64,000 nt of DNA from an uncultured delta proteobacterium (lineage in GTDB: Bacteria; Desulfobacterota; Binatia; Binatales; Binataceae): contig CAVXXK010000001.1 in NCBI GenBank assembly GCA_963765675.1, forward strand, positions 2,376,613 to 2,440,612, in the 5' to 3' direction. The notes beneath the pieces are model-generated. The model saw nothing but the letters and a program-made list of their open reading frames with translations, did not search any database and was not told where the DNA came from. Both the position numbers and the translations under genes were made by a program. Positions 48,442 to 57,663 of the stretch are shown in pieces. The stretch's first letter is position 1. Each line of letters begins with the position of its first letter.

Positions 48442-50142
48442 TCAGTGCGCTGCCAGCGGTCCGCGCAACAACCGTCCGGGGAGGGCCCCGGTGGGTTCGT
48501 TATTGCGCAGCACGACCTCGCCATTGACGACGGTCGCGAGCATCCCGGCGGCCTTTTGCTTGAGGCGCCGGGCCCCGGCCGGAAGGTCGTGGTCCAGCTC
48601 CGGCATCATCGGGGTGACCGTGTCGGGGTTGAACACGATCACGTCTGCCGCCCATCCCTCGCGCAGCAATCCGCGTCCCGGAAGACCCCAATACGAGGCC
48701 GGGACAAAGGTCAGCATCCTGATCGCTTCCTCTAGCGTCAGGGCCTGCTTCTCGCGCACCCAGTAGCTCAGCACATGGCTCTGCAACGACGAGTCCATGA
48801 TTTGCGAGACATGCGCGCCCGAGTCCGAGAACGTAACCACGGATCGCGGATGCCGCATCATCTCGAGCACGTCGGATTGGTTTTCGTTCGCCAGCGGCTG
48901 CAGGAAGAACTGTCTCAGATGCTTTTCCAGCGCCAAGTCGATGATCACGTCAACCGGGTCCTTGCCCGACGCGCGCGCGATTTCCGCGACCGAGCGATGC
49001 GGCGGATTCGGCTTGTCCATCACGAACATCCAGTCGAAATTCGCCCGGCGCGGCTCGGCGCCGACAGCGCGACCGCCGCTCGATTCGTTGACCGCCTTAA
49101 CCAGCTGCTGCCGAATTTCAGGATTGCGCAGCGCCGCCTCCTGCTCCGCGAGCGGCAGCTTGCGAATGTCGCTCCAAACCGGCATCCGATCAAACGGCAT
49201 CGCGGTCTCAAACGACAGCACGACGTTCAGCGAGCGGCTATGCACCTGGATAAACATCCGGCCGCCGGCTTTCGCGGTTTCCTCAGCGGTCGCGAAATAG
49301 GGCCGCCAGAAATCCGGCGCGTTCCGACTACTGAACATCCCAAATGTGACGGGAACGCCGGTATCGACCGCGAGCGACTTGATTCGGCCGAGGTAATCGT
49401 TGACCCGCTCGGGATCGAAGCCGGTGTTCTCGCCGGCGATTTCGAAAATCCCCGCGTGCTCTTCGCCCATCACGCCGACCAACTGCCTGACCTCGTCCCA
49501 GGTAGCGATTCGGCTCGCGACCGGATGGCCGTCGGGGGTCTGATGGTTGCGCGTGCGCGAAGTTGTGAAGCCCATCGCGCCGGCGCGAATTGCGGAGCGG
49601 ACCTCGCGCTTCATCGCGTCAATATCTTCGGCGTTGGCCTCGCGCGAGAACGCGCGCTCGCCCATCACGTAGGTGCGCAACGCGGAATGGCCGATATAGG
49701 CGGCGTAGTTGATTCCCTTGGGCGTGCGATCAACCGCGTCGAGGTACTCGGGAAAGCTCTCCCAGGTCCACTTGATTCCTGCCTCCATCGCTTCGGGTGC
49801 GATATCCTCCGCGCGCTCGAGGTTGCGCATGACGAGCTGCTTTTCTTTCTCGCCGCATGGCGCCAGCGAGAAGCCGCAGTTGCCCATCACGACCGAGGTG
49901 ACGCCATGCCAGCACGAGCACGTGCCCATCGGATCCCAGAACACCTGCGCGTCCATATGCGTGTGCCCGTCGATTATTCCGGGCGTGACCACGTGGCCCT
50001 CAGCGTCAATCTCCTGCCGGGCGCGTTCGCGGATTCTTCCGATCCCGGCGATACGCCCGCCGCTGATCGCCACGTCGGCGCGATACCGTGCCATCCCGGA
50101 GCCGTCGATTACGGTGCCGTTGCGAATAATCAGATCGTGCAT
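48442..50142 (-). CDS. N-acyl-D-amino-acid deacylase family amidohydrolase
   Basis: DLIIRNGTVIDGSG, PGIIDGHTHMD, GVTSVVMGNCG, SDSGAHV, RGLLREGWAADVIVF. Confidence 0.93.
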   Translation of the reverse strand: MHDLIIRNGTVIDGSGMARYRADVAISGGRIAGIGRIRERARQEIDAEGHVVTPGIIDGHTHMDAQVFWDPMGTCSCWHGVTSVVMGNCGFSLAPCGEKEKQLVMRNLERAEDIAPEAMEAGIKWTWESFPEYLDAVDRTPKGINYAAYIGHSALRTYVMGERAFSREANAEDIDAMKREVRSAIRAGAMGFTTSRTRNHQTPDGHPVASRIATWDEVRQLVGVMGEEHAGIFEIAGENTGFDPERVNDYLGRIKSLAVDTGVPVTFGMFSSRNAPDFWRPYFATAEETAKAGGRMFIQVHSRSLNVVLSFETAMPFDRMPVWSDIRKLPLAEQEAALRNPEIRQQLVKAVNESSGGRAVGAEPRRANFDWMFVMDKPNPPHRSVAEIARASGKDPVDVIIDLALEKHLRQFFLQPLANENQSDVLEMMRHPRSVVTFSDSGAHVSQIMDSSLQSHVLSYWVREKQALTLEEAIRMLTFVPASYWGLPGRGLLREGWAADVIVFNPDTVTPMMPELDHDLPAGARRLKQKAAGMLATVVNGEVVLRNNEPTGALPGRLLRGPLAAH

Positions 50143-50326
50143 GATGCCTCCGTGGGCCGTCGGGCCTCGAGACGAATCGATCCGCCGGACCATCCGGCGC
50201 CGGGAACGTGCTTCTAATCTTATTCCACGAATCACGATTCCGCGACAACCCTGAATCGGAGACGCGTCCTCGCTGAAATCAAGATTTCGTCAAGAACATG
50301 TTTATAATAATTGTGGATCGCGGGCC

Positions 50327-50444
50327 GTCATCCTGAGCGGAGGTTGCCGCAGTGAAGGATCTACGCGAAGCGATTAGTGCGGAAAACCCAAGCTGGTTGC
50401 ACTAATCGCTTCGCGGAGATCCTTCGCCTGCGGCTCAGGATGAC
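50327..50444 (-). repeat. GTCATCCTGA palindromic element (copy 2, inverted relative to 3124-3231)
   Basis: The reverse complement begins tgtcatcctgagccgcaggcgaaggatctccgcgaagcgattagtgcaacca, identical to copy 1. Confidence 0.92.
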
Positions 50445-50494
50445 AGCCGTTGGACGTTTGTGAGAACATCGACAGATTCTTGAGGCGAAAGAAT

Positions 50495-50773
50495 ATGGCC
50501 CACTTGCGCATTCATGAAGTGAAAGCTTTAGAAGGCCTCAAGCTACGACTGACGCTTACCGATGGATCTGCGATTGAACGCGACGTGACAAAGCTTCTCA
50601 TTGGACCAGTGTTCGATCTCATCCGAAAAGATCCAGCCGCCTTTGCAAAAGCACGGATCGAAGGTGGGACCGTGGTATGGCCGAACGGTGCTGACCTCTG
50701 CCCGGATGTCCTGATCTGGGGCGGCGCGCCTCCTGAAGACGGCCAACAGCCAGCACATCCGCCGCAGGCGTGA
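50495..50773 (+). CDS. DUF2442 domain protein (putative antitoxin), no DUF4160 partner
   Basis: VKALEGLKLRLTLTDG...GPVF...F...GGTVVWPNGADLCPDVL. Confidence 0.85.
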   Translation: MAHLRIHEVKALEGLKLRLTLTDGSAIERDVTKLLIGPVFDLIRKDPAAFAKARIEGGTVVWPNGADLCPDVLIWGGAPPEDGQQPAHPPQA

Positions 50774-50930
50774 CGTGGGGCAGTTATTGCCCCGCAATGG
50801 CGCCCTGGGGCCAGACACGATCTGCATTGAAAAGGATGCTAAGCTTGAGCTATTAGCCGATCAGAGCAAACGAAGTTCGTCTGAGCCTTGGTCTTTAGAA
50901 AGCGTCTTTAGACGCGTCGAGGAACCATTC

Positions 50931-52028
50931 ATGCAAAAGCCGATTATCTCCGCCGATTCGCATATCACCGAGCCCGCCGGGACTTACATCGACCGGATCG
51001 ACTCCAAGTACAAAGACTCGGCGCCGCACATGGTTCGCGACGACAAGCTGGGCGATGTGTTTATCGTCAAGGACTTTCCGCGTCCGGTGAATATCGGGCT
51101 TGCCGCCGCGGCCGGCCGCAATGCCGAGGACCTCAAGATCGGTGGCTGCAAGTTCGAAGAGATGCATCGCGGCGGATGGGATCCCAACGCGCGGATGGCC
51201 GACCAGGATCGCGACGGCGTCGCCGCCGAGGTGATTTATCCGACAATCGGCATGGTGCTCTGTAATCATCGCGACTTCGACTACAAGAAAGCCTGCTTCG
51301 ATGCTTACAACCTGTGGATCGGAGAATATTGCGACGCGCATCCCGCCCGCCTCATCGGAGTAGGGCAGACTGCGATGCGCTCAGTCGAGGAAGGAATCGA
51401 AGACCTGCGCAAGATGAAAGCACTCGGACTGCGCGGCGTGATGATGCCCGGGAATCCCAAGCTCGAAGATTACGACAGCCCAATCTACGCGCCCTTTTAC
51501 GAAGCCGCGATCGACCTCGAGATGCCGCTGAGCTTCCATATCCTGACCAGCAACCAGGACAACTTCCGCACGCGCGGCCCGAAGCTCAACAGCTTCCTGT
51601 CGATCATCCGCGGATGCCAGGACATCATGGGCACGTTCATCCTGGGCGGCGTTTTCGAGCGCCATCCGAAGCTCAAGGTGGTGTGCGTCGAGGCGGACGC
51701 CGGATGGGTTCCGCACTACATGTACCGGATGGATCACGCGTACGATCGGCATCGCTACTGGCTGCCCGCCGGAACGCTATCGAAGATGCCGAGTGAGTAT
51801 TTCCGCGAGAATATCTACACGACCTTCCAGGACGACTGGGTCGCGTTCCAGATGAAGGACATGTGCAATATCCGCCGCCTGATGTGGGCCAACGATTTCC
51901 CGCATAGCGACTCGACCTGGCCGTGGTCGCAGGAGATCCTGCAAAAGCACACCGCGAACATGAACGAGCAGGAGAAGAACTACGTCCTCCACGACAACGT
52001 TGCGGAGCTATATCATCTGAGCATCTAG
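50931..52028 (+). CDS. Amidohydrolase-2 family protein
   Basis: IISADSHITEP, RMADQDRDGVAAEVIYPT, LSFHI, GVFERHPKLK, MWANDFPHSDSTWP. Confidence 0.93.
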   Translation: MQKPIISADSHITEPAGTYIDRIDSKYKDSAPHMVRDDKLGDVFIVKDFPRPVNIGLAAAAGRNAEDLKIGGCKFEEMHRGGWDPNARMADQDRDGVAAEVIYPTIGMVLCNHRDFDYKKACFDAYNLWIGEYCDAHPARLIGVGQTAMRSVEEGIEDLRKMKALGLRGVMMPGNPKLEDYDSPIYAPFYEAAIDLEMPLSFHILTSNQDNFRTRGPKLNSFLSIIRGCQDIMGTFILGGVFERHPKLKVVCVEADAGWVPHYMYRMDHAYDRHRYWLPAGTLSKMPSEYFRENIYTTFQDDWVAFQMKDMCNIRRLMWANDFPHSDSTWPWSQEILQKHTANMNEQEKNYVLHDNVAELYHLSI

Positions 52029-52054
52029 CGCGCTCCGACGTGCGGCTCCTGCTC

Positions 52055-52316
52055 ATACCCTCTCCCTCCGGGAGAGGGTGGCGTGGCGCGAGCATTGCTT
52101 TTTTTCGCAATCACCGTGACGCGTGGGTGAGGGCGGCCTTTCTGGTCCCTCGCCCTGAAAGGGAGAGGTTAGGTGAGGGACCGATCTGCGCGCGGCATGG
52201 TTTGCCGCGCGCCTTAAATTCTGCCAGGAGCTTTCTCTTTAATGCGCGCGGCGCTGGCGCGCCGCGCTGAATTCGGTCCCTCACCTGGCCTCTCCCAAAC
52301 TGGGCGAGGGATCAGA
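52055..52316 (-). repeat. Composite BoxC-like repeat (modules B then A on the minus strand)
   Basis: The reverse complement aligns to 8541-8713 (B) and 8414-8510 (A). Confidence 0.88.
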
Positions 52317-52332
52317 CAGTAGGGCGAGGGAT

Positions 52333-52367
52333 AAAAAAGGGCGGCCCTTCTGCGGCCGCCCTTTTTT
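52333..52367. terminator. Bidirectional rho-independent terminator
   Basis: aaaaaagggcggcc-cttctgc-ggccgccctttttt between convergent genes. Confidence 0.9.
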
Positions 52368-52389
52368 GCGCTGAATCGCGGTGTGCTCT

Positions 52390-53718
52390 CTAATAATAAT
52401 CGACCGGGTCGATTTGGCGCTTGGCGCCGTACCAGAAGAGCATGTTCTCAGTCAGTCCCTGCCAGGTGAACTTGTTCGGCGGCAACAGCAGCCGCTTGAA
52501 CATCGACTTGAACGAATAGAATTCCTTGGTGCAGCGCCATACACCTTCTTCGACTTCCTGCGGCGACATGTTCTTGGGCACGAACATGCAGCGGAAGTTG
52601 TTGGTGTACAGGTCGGCATCCGGGATGATCACGCGGCCCTCGTTTTCGAGCTGCGTGCGCATCGGGGTGCCGCGTCGCGGCGTGACGGTGTTGAAGAACG
52701 CCTCCGGGGCGCGGACTTCGTGCAGGAACTTCATCGTCTCGTCGAAGATGCCGGGGCGATCTTCTTCGAGTCCGAACAGGAAATTCAACGAGTAGTAGAT
52801 TCCATACTTTTCGAGCTTCTTCAGGAGCTTTTTGTACTGATTGGCGTGGTTCTGAATCTTGTTCATCGACAGCAGCGAGTCCTGGCTGATCGATTCCACG
52901 CCGATATTGACGTGGAAGATTCCGGCCTTGGCCGCAAGGTCGAGCAGCTCGTCGTCATGATTCGAGTTGATCGTCCATAGGCACGAGAAGCGGATATTCA
53001 GCGGTTCGAGCGCCTTGAACAGCTCGCGCGCGAACTTGTGCTTGCCGGTGATCTGATCGTCGATAAACTGGAAGCGCCGGAAGCCCGTTATCTTGATGAC
53101 TTCCTTCATCTCCTCGACGATGTCCTCGATCGGCCGGGTCCGGTAACTGCCGTCATAGAACACCGGAATCTCGCAGAAGGAGCATCGGTAGGGGCATCCG
53201 CGGCTCGCCTGCACCGGGACCGCCTTAAACAGATATTTGTTGAGCTTCAGAAGCTCGTGGCGCGGACGCGGCAGGTTCTTCAAGTCGTGAACCTTGGTGG
53301 ACTTGTAAACCTGCTTGAGCTTGCCGTCGCGCCAATCCTGCAGGAGCTCGGGCCACACCAGGTCGGCCTCGCCCTGCACGACGGCGTCAGCGTGATGGAG
53401 AGCCTCTTCGGTCTGGAGGGTTGCGTGGAAGCCGCCGAGGACCACCGGGATTCCGCGCTTGCGGAATTCGTCGCCGAGCTGATAGGCGCGCAGCGATGCG
53501 CCGATCGTGGTGGTCATCCCGACCAGATCCCATCCGCCGTCGAAGTTGATGTCCTCGAGGCGCTCGTCGCACAAGGTTACGTCGTATTCCGCGGGAGTGA
53601 GTCCCGCCATCAGCGGAATCATCAGTCCCATGATGAGCCGCCACCGGGTTTTATGCGGAGTACCGTCCAGATGGATGGTCGTAGGCTGTACCAGCAGGAT
53701 CCTGGGTTTCTTGTTCAT
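52390..53718 (-). CDS. Cobalamin-binding-domain radical SAM protein
   Basis: DLVGMT, PVVLGGFHAT, GEAD, SRGCPYRCSFC (CxxxCxxC), FIDD, GVES, TPRRGT. Confidence 0.93.
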   Translation of the reverse strand: MNKKPRILLVQPTTIHLDGTPHKTRWRLIMGLMIPLMAGLTPAEYDVTLCDERLEDINFDGGWDLVGMTTTIGASLRAYQLGDEFRKRGIPVVLGGFHATLQTEEALHHADAVVQGEADLVWPELLQDWRDGKLKQVYKSTKVHDLKNLPRPRHELLKLNKYLFKAVPVQASRGCPYRCSFCEIPVFYDGSYRTRPIEDIVEEMKEVIKITGFRRFQFIDDQITGKHKFARELFKALEPLNIRFSCLWTINSNHDDELLDLAAKAGIFHVNIGVESISQDSLLSMNKIQNHANQYKKLLKKLEKYGIYYSLNFLFGLEEDRPGIFDETMKFLHEVRAPEAFFNTVTPRRGTPMRTQLENEGRVIIPDADLYTNNFRCMFVPKNMSPQEVEEGVWRCTKEFYSFKSMFKRLLLPPNKFTWQGLTENMLFWYGAKRQIDPVDYY

Positions 53719-53779
53719 GTCCTCTCTCCGACGAAAATTCCGTCGTTCAATCTCCCGCATGACCTATAGAAAAAGGTGA

Positions 53780-54963
53780 CTAAGCCGGCCGCGCATCCGG
53801 GCCCGGATTCTCCGGCGCCTTGCGAGCGACCAGCCACATCAGGCCAATAGCGAACACGTAGGTTCCGAACGCGGTCCCCCACGCGAACCATTCGATTCGA
53901 TTTATCAAGGCCAGCACGACCAGCAGATAGGCGAAGTCGCGCCCGCTCCATCGGTCAACCGCTTCGAGCCACTTCTCCGCAACGTCTCCGCGCAGCGAAA
54001 ACGCGCGGTAGGTCGCGTACGAGCACGCTCCAAAGCCACCCAGCACCAATATAGTTAGCCACAGATATGCGATACTTCCGCTCGCCCGGTAGCATCCCAC
54101 GTAGATGCCGATAAAGACCGCGACGTGCACGATATTATCGGTCACGACGTCGAGCTTGCCCCCAAAATTGGTTTCGCTCATCTTGAGTCGCGCCAATTCA
54201 CCGTCCACGCCGTCGAGCGTGATCGAGACGAGAAACAGAATCGCCGCCGCCAGCCGCGACCAGTAACCCGGTATCGCGAACATCCATCCGCAGGTGAGGC
54301 CGAGGATCGTATTTGCGATCGTGACTTGATTCGGGGTGATAGCCGTCCGCGCCAGGCGCAGGCTGAGCCGCCACGAAAGCTTGCGATCGACCCATCGCGC
54401 CATCGGCGCGTCCTTCGCCGCGGTCTCGCGCCGCAGGGATCGGGCAAGCCGCACTTCCGCTTCCTCGCGATCTTCGGGGCGTCCGTTCAGTGCGTAGGGC
54501 AGGTCGCCCATAGGCCTGCGAAATTGGTCGGCATTGACGATTCCGCCTCGGCGCAGCAGTTCCGCACACGGTCCGGCTGCGATCTCTCCGCCATGGTCCG
54601 AGTCCGAGGTCGTCAGGCGGACGATCGTGCCGGGCTTGTCGGCGGCTTCGGCCAGCACCTGTTCAAGTTGTGACTTAAAGAACACAAGGTTTCCGGACAG
54701 CGCGATACAGGCGACCGTAGGATCGATCTGCGCGCGCTCAGCGACTTGGGCATCAAGGTGATCAACCAAGGTTATTGTAGGATTGCTCTTAAAGCGTCCG
54801 AGCGAGGCTTCGATTTCCGCGCGCCGCGCGGGGGAGCCTCGACGATGAAGCGGCTGATTCCGGCGCGCTCGCACGAAATTATCAGCCGTTCCAGAAGTGG
54901 CCGGCCAAAAATCCGATTGTCGGCGCGCGATGGAGCGGCGATTAGTGCCGTTTCTGTACTCAA
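53780..54963 (-). CDS. CDP-alcohol phosphatidyltransferase with degenerate N-terminal nucleotidyltransferase-like domain, frameshifted near 54832
   Basis: ITPNQVT, LDGVDGELARLK.SETNFGGKLDVVTD signature. The N-terminal IFGRPLLERLIISCERAGI is in the 54772..55008 frame; the shift is at a C5 run; TTG start inferred. Confidence 0.85.
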
Positions 54964-55320
54964 TGTCTTATAGAACCCGGTTTCCCAATAGACTGTCCGG
55001 CTGGTCAAGGTAACATGCCGGTAACTCCACTGCTAGAAGCCCCCCTTCAAAATCTTCACCCTGTTTATGAGCCATCCTGCTTGAACCGGGACGCAATCGG
55101 CCGTCGCAGGACCTATTCGTTTTGCCACGATGCGCAAGAAATCTAACCTTGTCTGGCTTCGATTTCGGAAAAGTAGGCCTCCGGCGAAGGATTTAGGGCG
55201 CAAGCGCCGTCATGTCAAATCGGTTAAATCCTCGCTCTGCCAGGCGCAACCCGAATGCTGCCTAGTGACGACATCGGGGCGCTGGTAAACTCCATCAGTC
55301 ACGATGGATCACGTACGGGA

Positions 55321-56061
55321 ATGATTACCACGCTCCTTTTTGATTTCGGCAGCACGCTCGATGGGCCTACATACTGGCTCGATCGTTTCGTAGCGCAGTA
55401 TCGTGCAGCCGAAATACCGATCACGCGCGCCGAGCTCGATCCGGCCTACGAACATGCGCGCCAAGCGACCGTACGCGCCCGCCGGGTGGTTGAACGGTTC
55501 GGTTTCACGGAACTAATCCGGATGCTCGTGGGGCAGCAGATCGAATTCCTGGCGGAGTCGGGACCGGAAGCAGTTCGTGCGACGCTGCGCGCGCTCGATT
55601 CGCGCGGGCGCTATCGCACAGGCGAGCGAATCACCGCGTTGTTCGTCGAGCAATCGCGCTCAGCAATGGAAAAGAGCCGGGCGGTTCTAGCAGCGCTCAA
55701 GGCGCGCTACCGGATCGGCGTCGTCTCGAATTGGTACGGCAATCTTGATCGGATTATCGCCGAGGCCGGGATGGCGAAGCTCGTGAGCACCGTCGCCGAT
55801 TCGGCGCGCCTCGGCTTCGGAAAGCCCGATCCGCGAATCTTCCTGGCAGCGCTGAAATCGCTTGGAGCCGTGCCCGCCGACGCCGCGATGATCGGGGATT
55901 CGCTCGAAAAAGATTGCATGCCCGCTCACGCGCTCGGGCTTAAGACTGTTTGGTATCGCCCGGTCTCCGACGATGCTAATGCGGACCCGCGCCGCGACGG
56001 ATCGGTGTCGGCGGATCACGTCGTCGCTAACCTGGAAGAGCTGGTGGAGCTTTCGCTATGA
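55321..56061 (+). CDS. HAD-family hydrolase
   Basis: LLFDFGSTLD, GVVSNWYGN, KPDPRIF, MIGDSLEKDCMPA..LGLKT. Confidence 0.9.
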   Translation: MITTLLFDFGSTLDGPTYWLDRFVAQYRAAEIPITRAELDPAYEHARQATVRARRVVERFGFTELIRMLVGQQIEFLAESGPEAVRATLRALDSRGRYRTGERITALFVEQSRSAMEKSRAVLAALKARYRIGVVSNWYGNLDRIIAEAGMAKLVSTVADSARLGFGKPDPRIFLAALKSLGAVPADAAMIGDSLEKDCMPAHALGLKTVWYRPVSDDANADPRRDGSVSADHVVANLEELVELSL

Positions 56062-56765
56062 GCGCGTTCCAGGGTGCGATAATCGCAGCCGGGCGCGGCG
56101 AGCGTCTGCGCGCGACCGGCGGCGCGAATATCCCGAAGCCACTGGTCGAGGTCGGCGGCGTCCCGATGCTCGTACGGCAGGCTCGTGCGATGCTTGCAGT
56201 TGGCGCGGCCGAAGTGTTGGCCGTGATCAACCGAGAGACGGCGGCGCTGGCCGGCAGGCTCGAGCTTCCGCGCGAGCTGAAGATCATCGTGCGCGACACT
56301 GAATCCTCGATGGAATCGCTATTCACGCTGGGCGAATCGCTGCGCCCGGGACATTTCCTTTTGGCGACCGTGGATGCGATTCTCCCATCCGCCGAGTTCG
56401 CGCGCTTCACGCGCGAGGCGCAGACCGCGTGCGTCGGAGAGGGGTACGACGGAGCGTTGGCGGTCGTGAAATGGCGCGGCGACAAGAAACCGCTTTTCAC
56501 GCACGCGTCACCTTCGGGGTTGATCGAGGAGCTGGGCGAGCGTCCGGCGCCGATCGTGACTGCGGGAGTGTACTGGCTGCCTACTGCTATCTTCTCGCTC
56601 GCCGAAACCGCACGTGCGCGCAAGCTTGAAGCGATGCGCGCGTTTTTGGCGATGTTGCTGGCGAACCGTTTTCGGTTGCGTGCGATCGAAGTCACCGGCG
56701 CGGTCGATATCGACGAAGCCGCCGATCTCGACGCGGCGCGCCGCCAGGTGGAGGATCGACGATGA
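56058..56765 (+). CDS. Nucleotidyltransferase (NTP_transferase; sugar/polyol-phosphate cytidylyltransferase-like)
   Basis: AIIAAGRGERL, PKPLVEVGG, TESSMES, LATVDA, TAGVY, VDIDEAADL; ATGA-coupled to both neighbours. Confidence 0.88.
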   Translation: MSAFQGAIIAAGRGERLRATGGANIPKPLVEVGGVPMLVRQARAMLAVGAAEVLAVINRETAALAGRLELPRELKIIVRDTESSMESLFTLGESLRPGHFLLATVDAILPSAEFARFTREAQTACVGEGYDGALAVVKWRGDKKPLFTHASPSGLIEELGERPAPIVTAGVYWLPTAIFSLAETARARKLEAMRAFLAMLLANRFRLRAIEVTGAVDIDEAADLDAARRQVEDRR

Positions 56766-57604
56766 GTCATCGTGCCCTTGGAATTTACCGCGAACCCGAG
56801 TTCTCTCCGGGCAAGGTCGAAGCCGACGCCGCAATACTTGATCTGGTGCTGGCCGAGCTTAAGCGTGAAGGACTCGAGACGGAATCGATTGATGCGCGCG
56901 CGTATGCGGCCGGCACCGGAGTAGCCAGCGCCGACATTATCCTTGCGATGTGCCAGGGCGAAAACGCGCTGCGCCGTCTGGCCGACGCCGAACGGGCCGG
57001 TGCCAAAGTGATCAACTCCGCGCTCGCGATCCGCAATTGCTATCGAGATCTGCTGGCGCCCGGCCTGGCGCGCGCCGGCGTGCCTACCCCTCCGGGAGCG
57101 TTGGTCGCGACCGGAACGGCGCTCGACCCGCGGAAGCTTGCGGGAGTCGACCTCGGCGCGCCGGTGTTCATCAAGCGCGGCGATCTGCATGCGCTCGGAC
57201 CCGAGGACGTGCAGCGTGCCGCGGGGCGCGCCGACACCGAGGCGCGGCTGATGACATTCGCGCGGCGGGGAATTCGCTACGCCTATGTGCAGCAGGAATT
57301 TCCCGGCTCGGTGATCAAATTCTATGGCGTCAGTGGTGGTTCGTATTTCTCCGCGTTGCCGGAATCGGGCGACGTGCCAGAGGCTGCCGTGCTCGCGCTC
57401 GCCGATGCGGCTCACACCGCCGCCGCCGCGCTCGGGCTCGAGGCGTGGGGCGGAGACGCAGTCTTGAGCGGAGACAGGTTTGCGATTATCGATTTTAACG
57501 ACTGGCCCAGCTATGGCAGAGTGCGCGCCGCCGCCGCACGCGCGATCGCGCGCCGCGCAATTGCGATCCTCTCGCGTCCGCGTCCCGCCGCGCATAGCAT
57601 CTGA
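56762..57604 (+). CDS. ATP-grasp fold protein of unknown function
   Basis: KVINS, GVPTP, PVFIKRGDLH, VQQEFPG..IKFYGV, LGLEAWGGD, IIDFNDWPSY. Confidence 0.8.
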   Translation: MSHRALGIYREPEFSPGKVEADAAILDLVLAELKREGLETESIDARAYAAGTGVASADIILAMCQGENALRRLADAERAGAKVINSALAIRNCYRDLLAPGLARAGVPTPPGALVATGTALDPRKLAGVDLGAPVFIKRGDLHALGPEDVQRAAGRADTEARLMTFARRGIRYAYVQQEFPGSVIKFYGVSGGSYFSALPESGDVPEAAVLALADAAHTAAAALGLEAWGGDAVLSGDRFAIIDFNDWPSYGRVRAAAARAIARRAIAILSRPRPAAHSI

Positions 57605-57663
57605 GGGTCACGCGTCGGAACTTACGCGACTGAATCGAGGAAGGACTAAACTTACACGACCTG

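Noticed and set aside
50294-50310. GAACATGTTT palindrome as a LexA box
   Set aside because: Spacing does not fit GAAC-N4-GTTC and there is no SOS gene nearby.
55015-55110. c-di-GMP-I riboswitch-like fragments (GGAGTTACCG on minus; GGGACGCAA on plus)
   Set aside because: The pieces lie on opposite strands and cannot form the aptamer.
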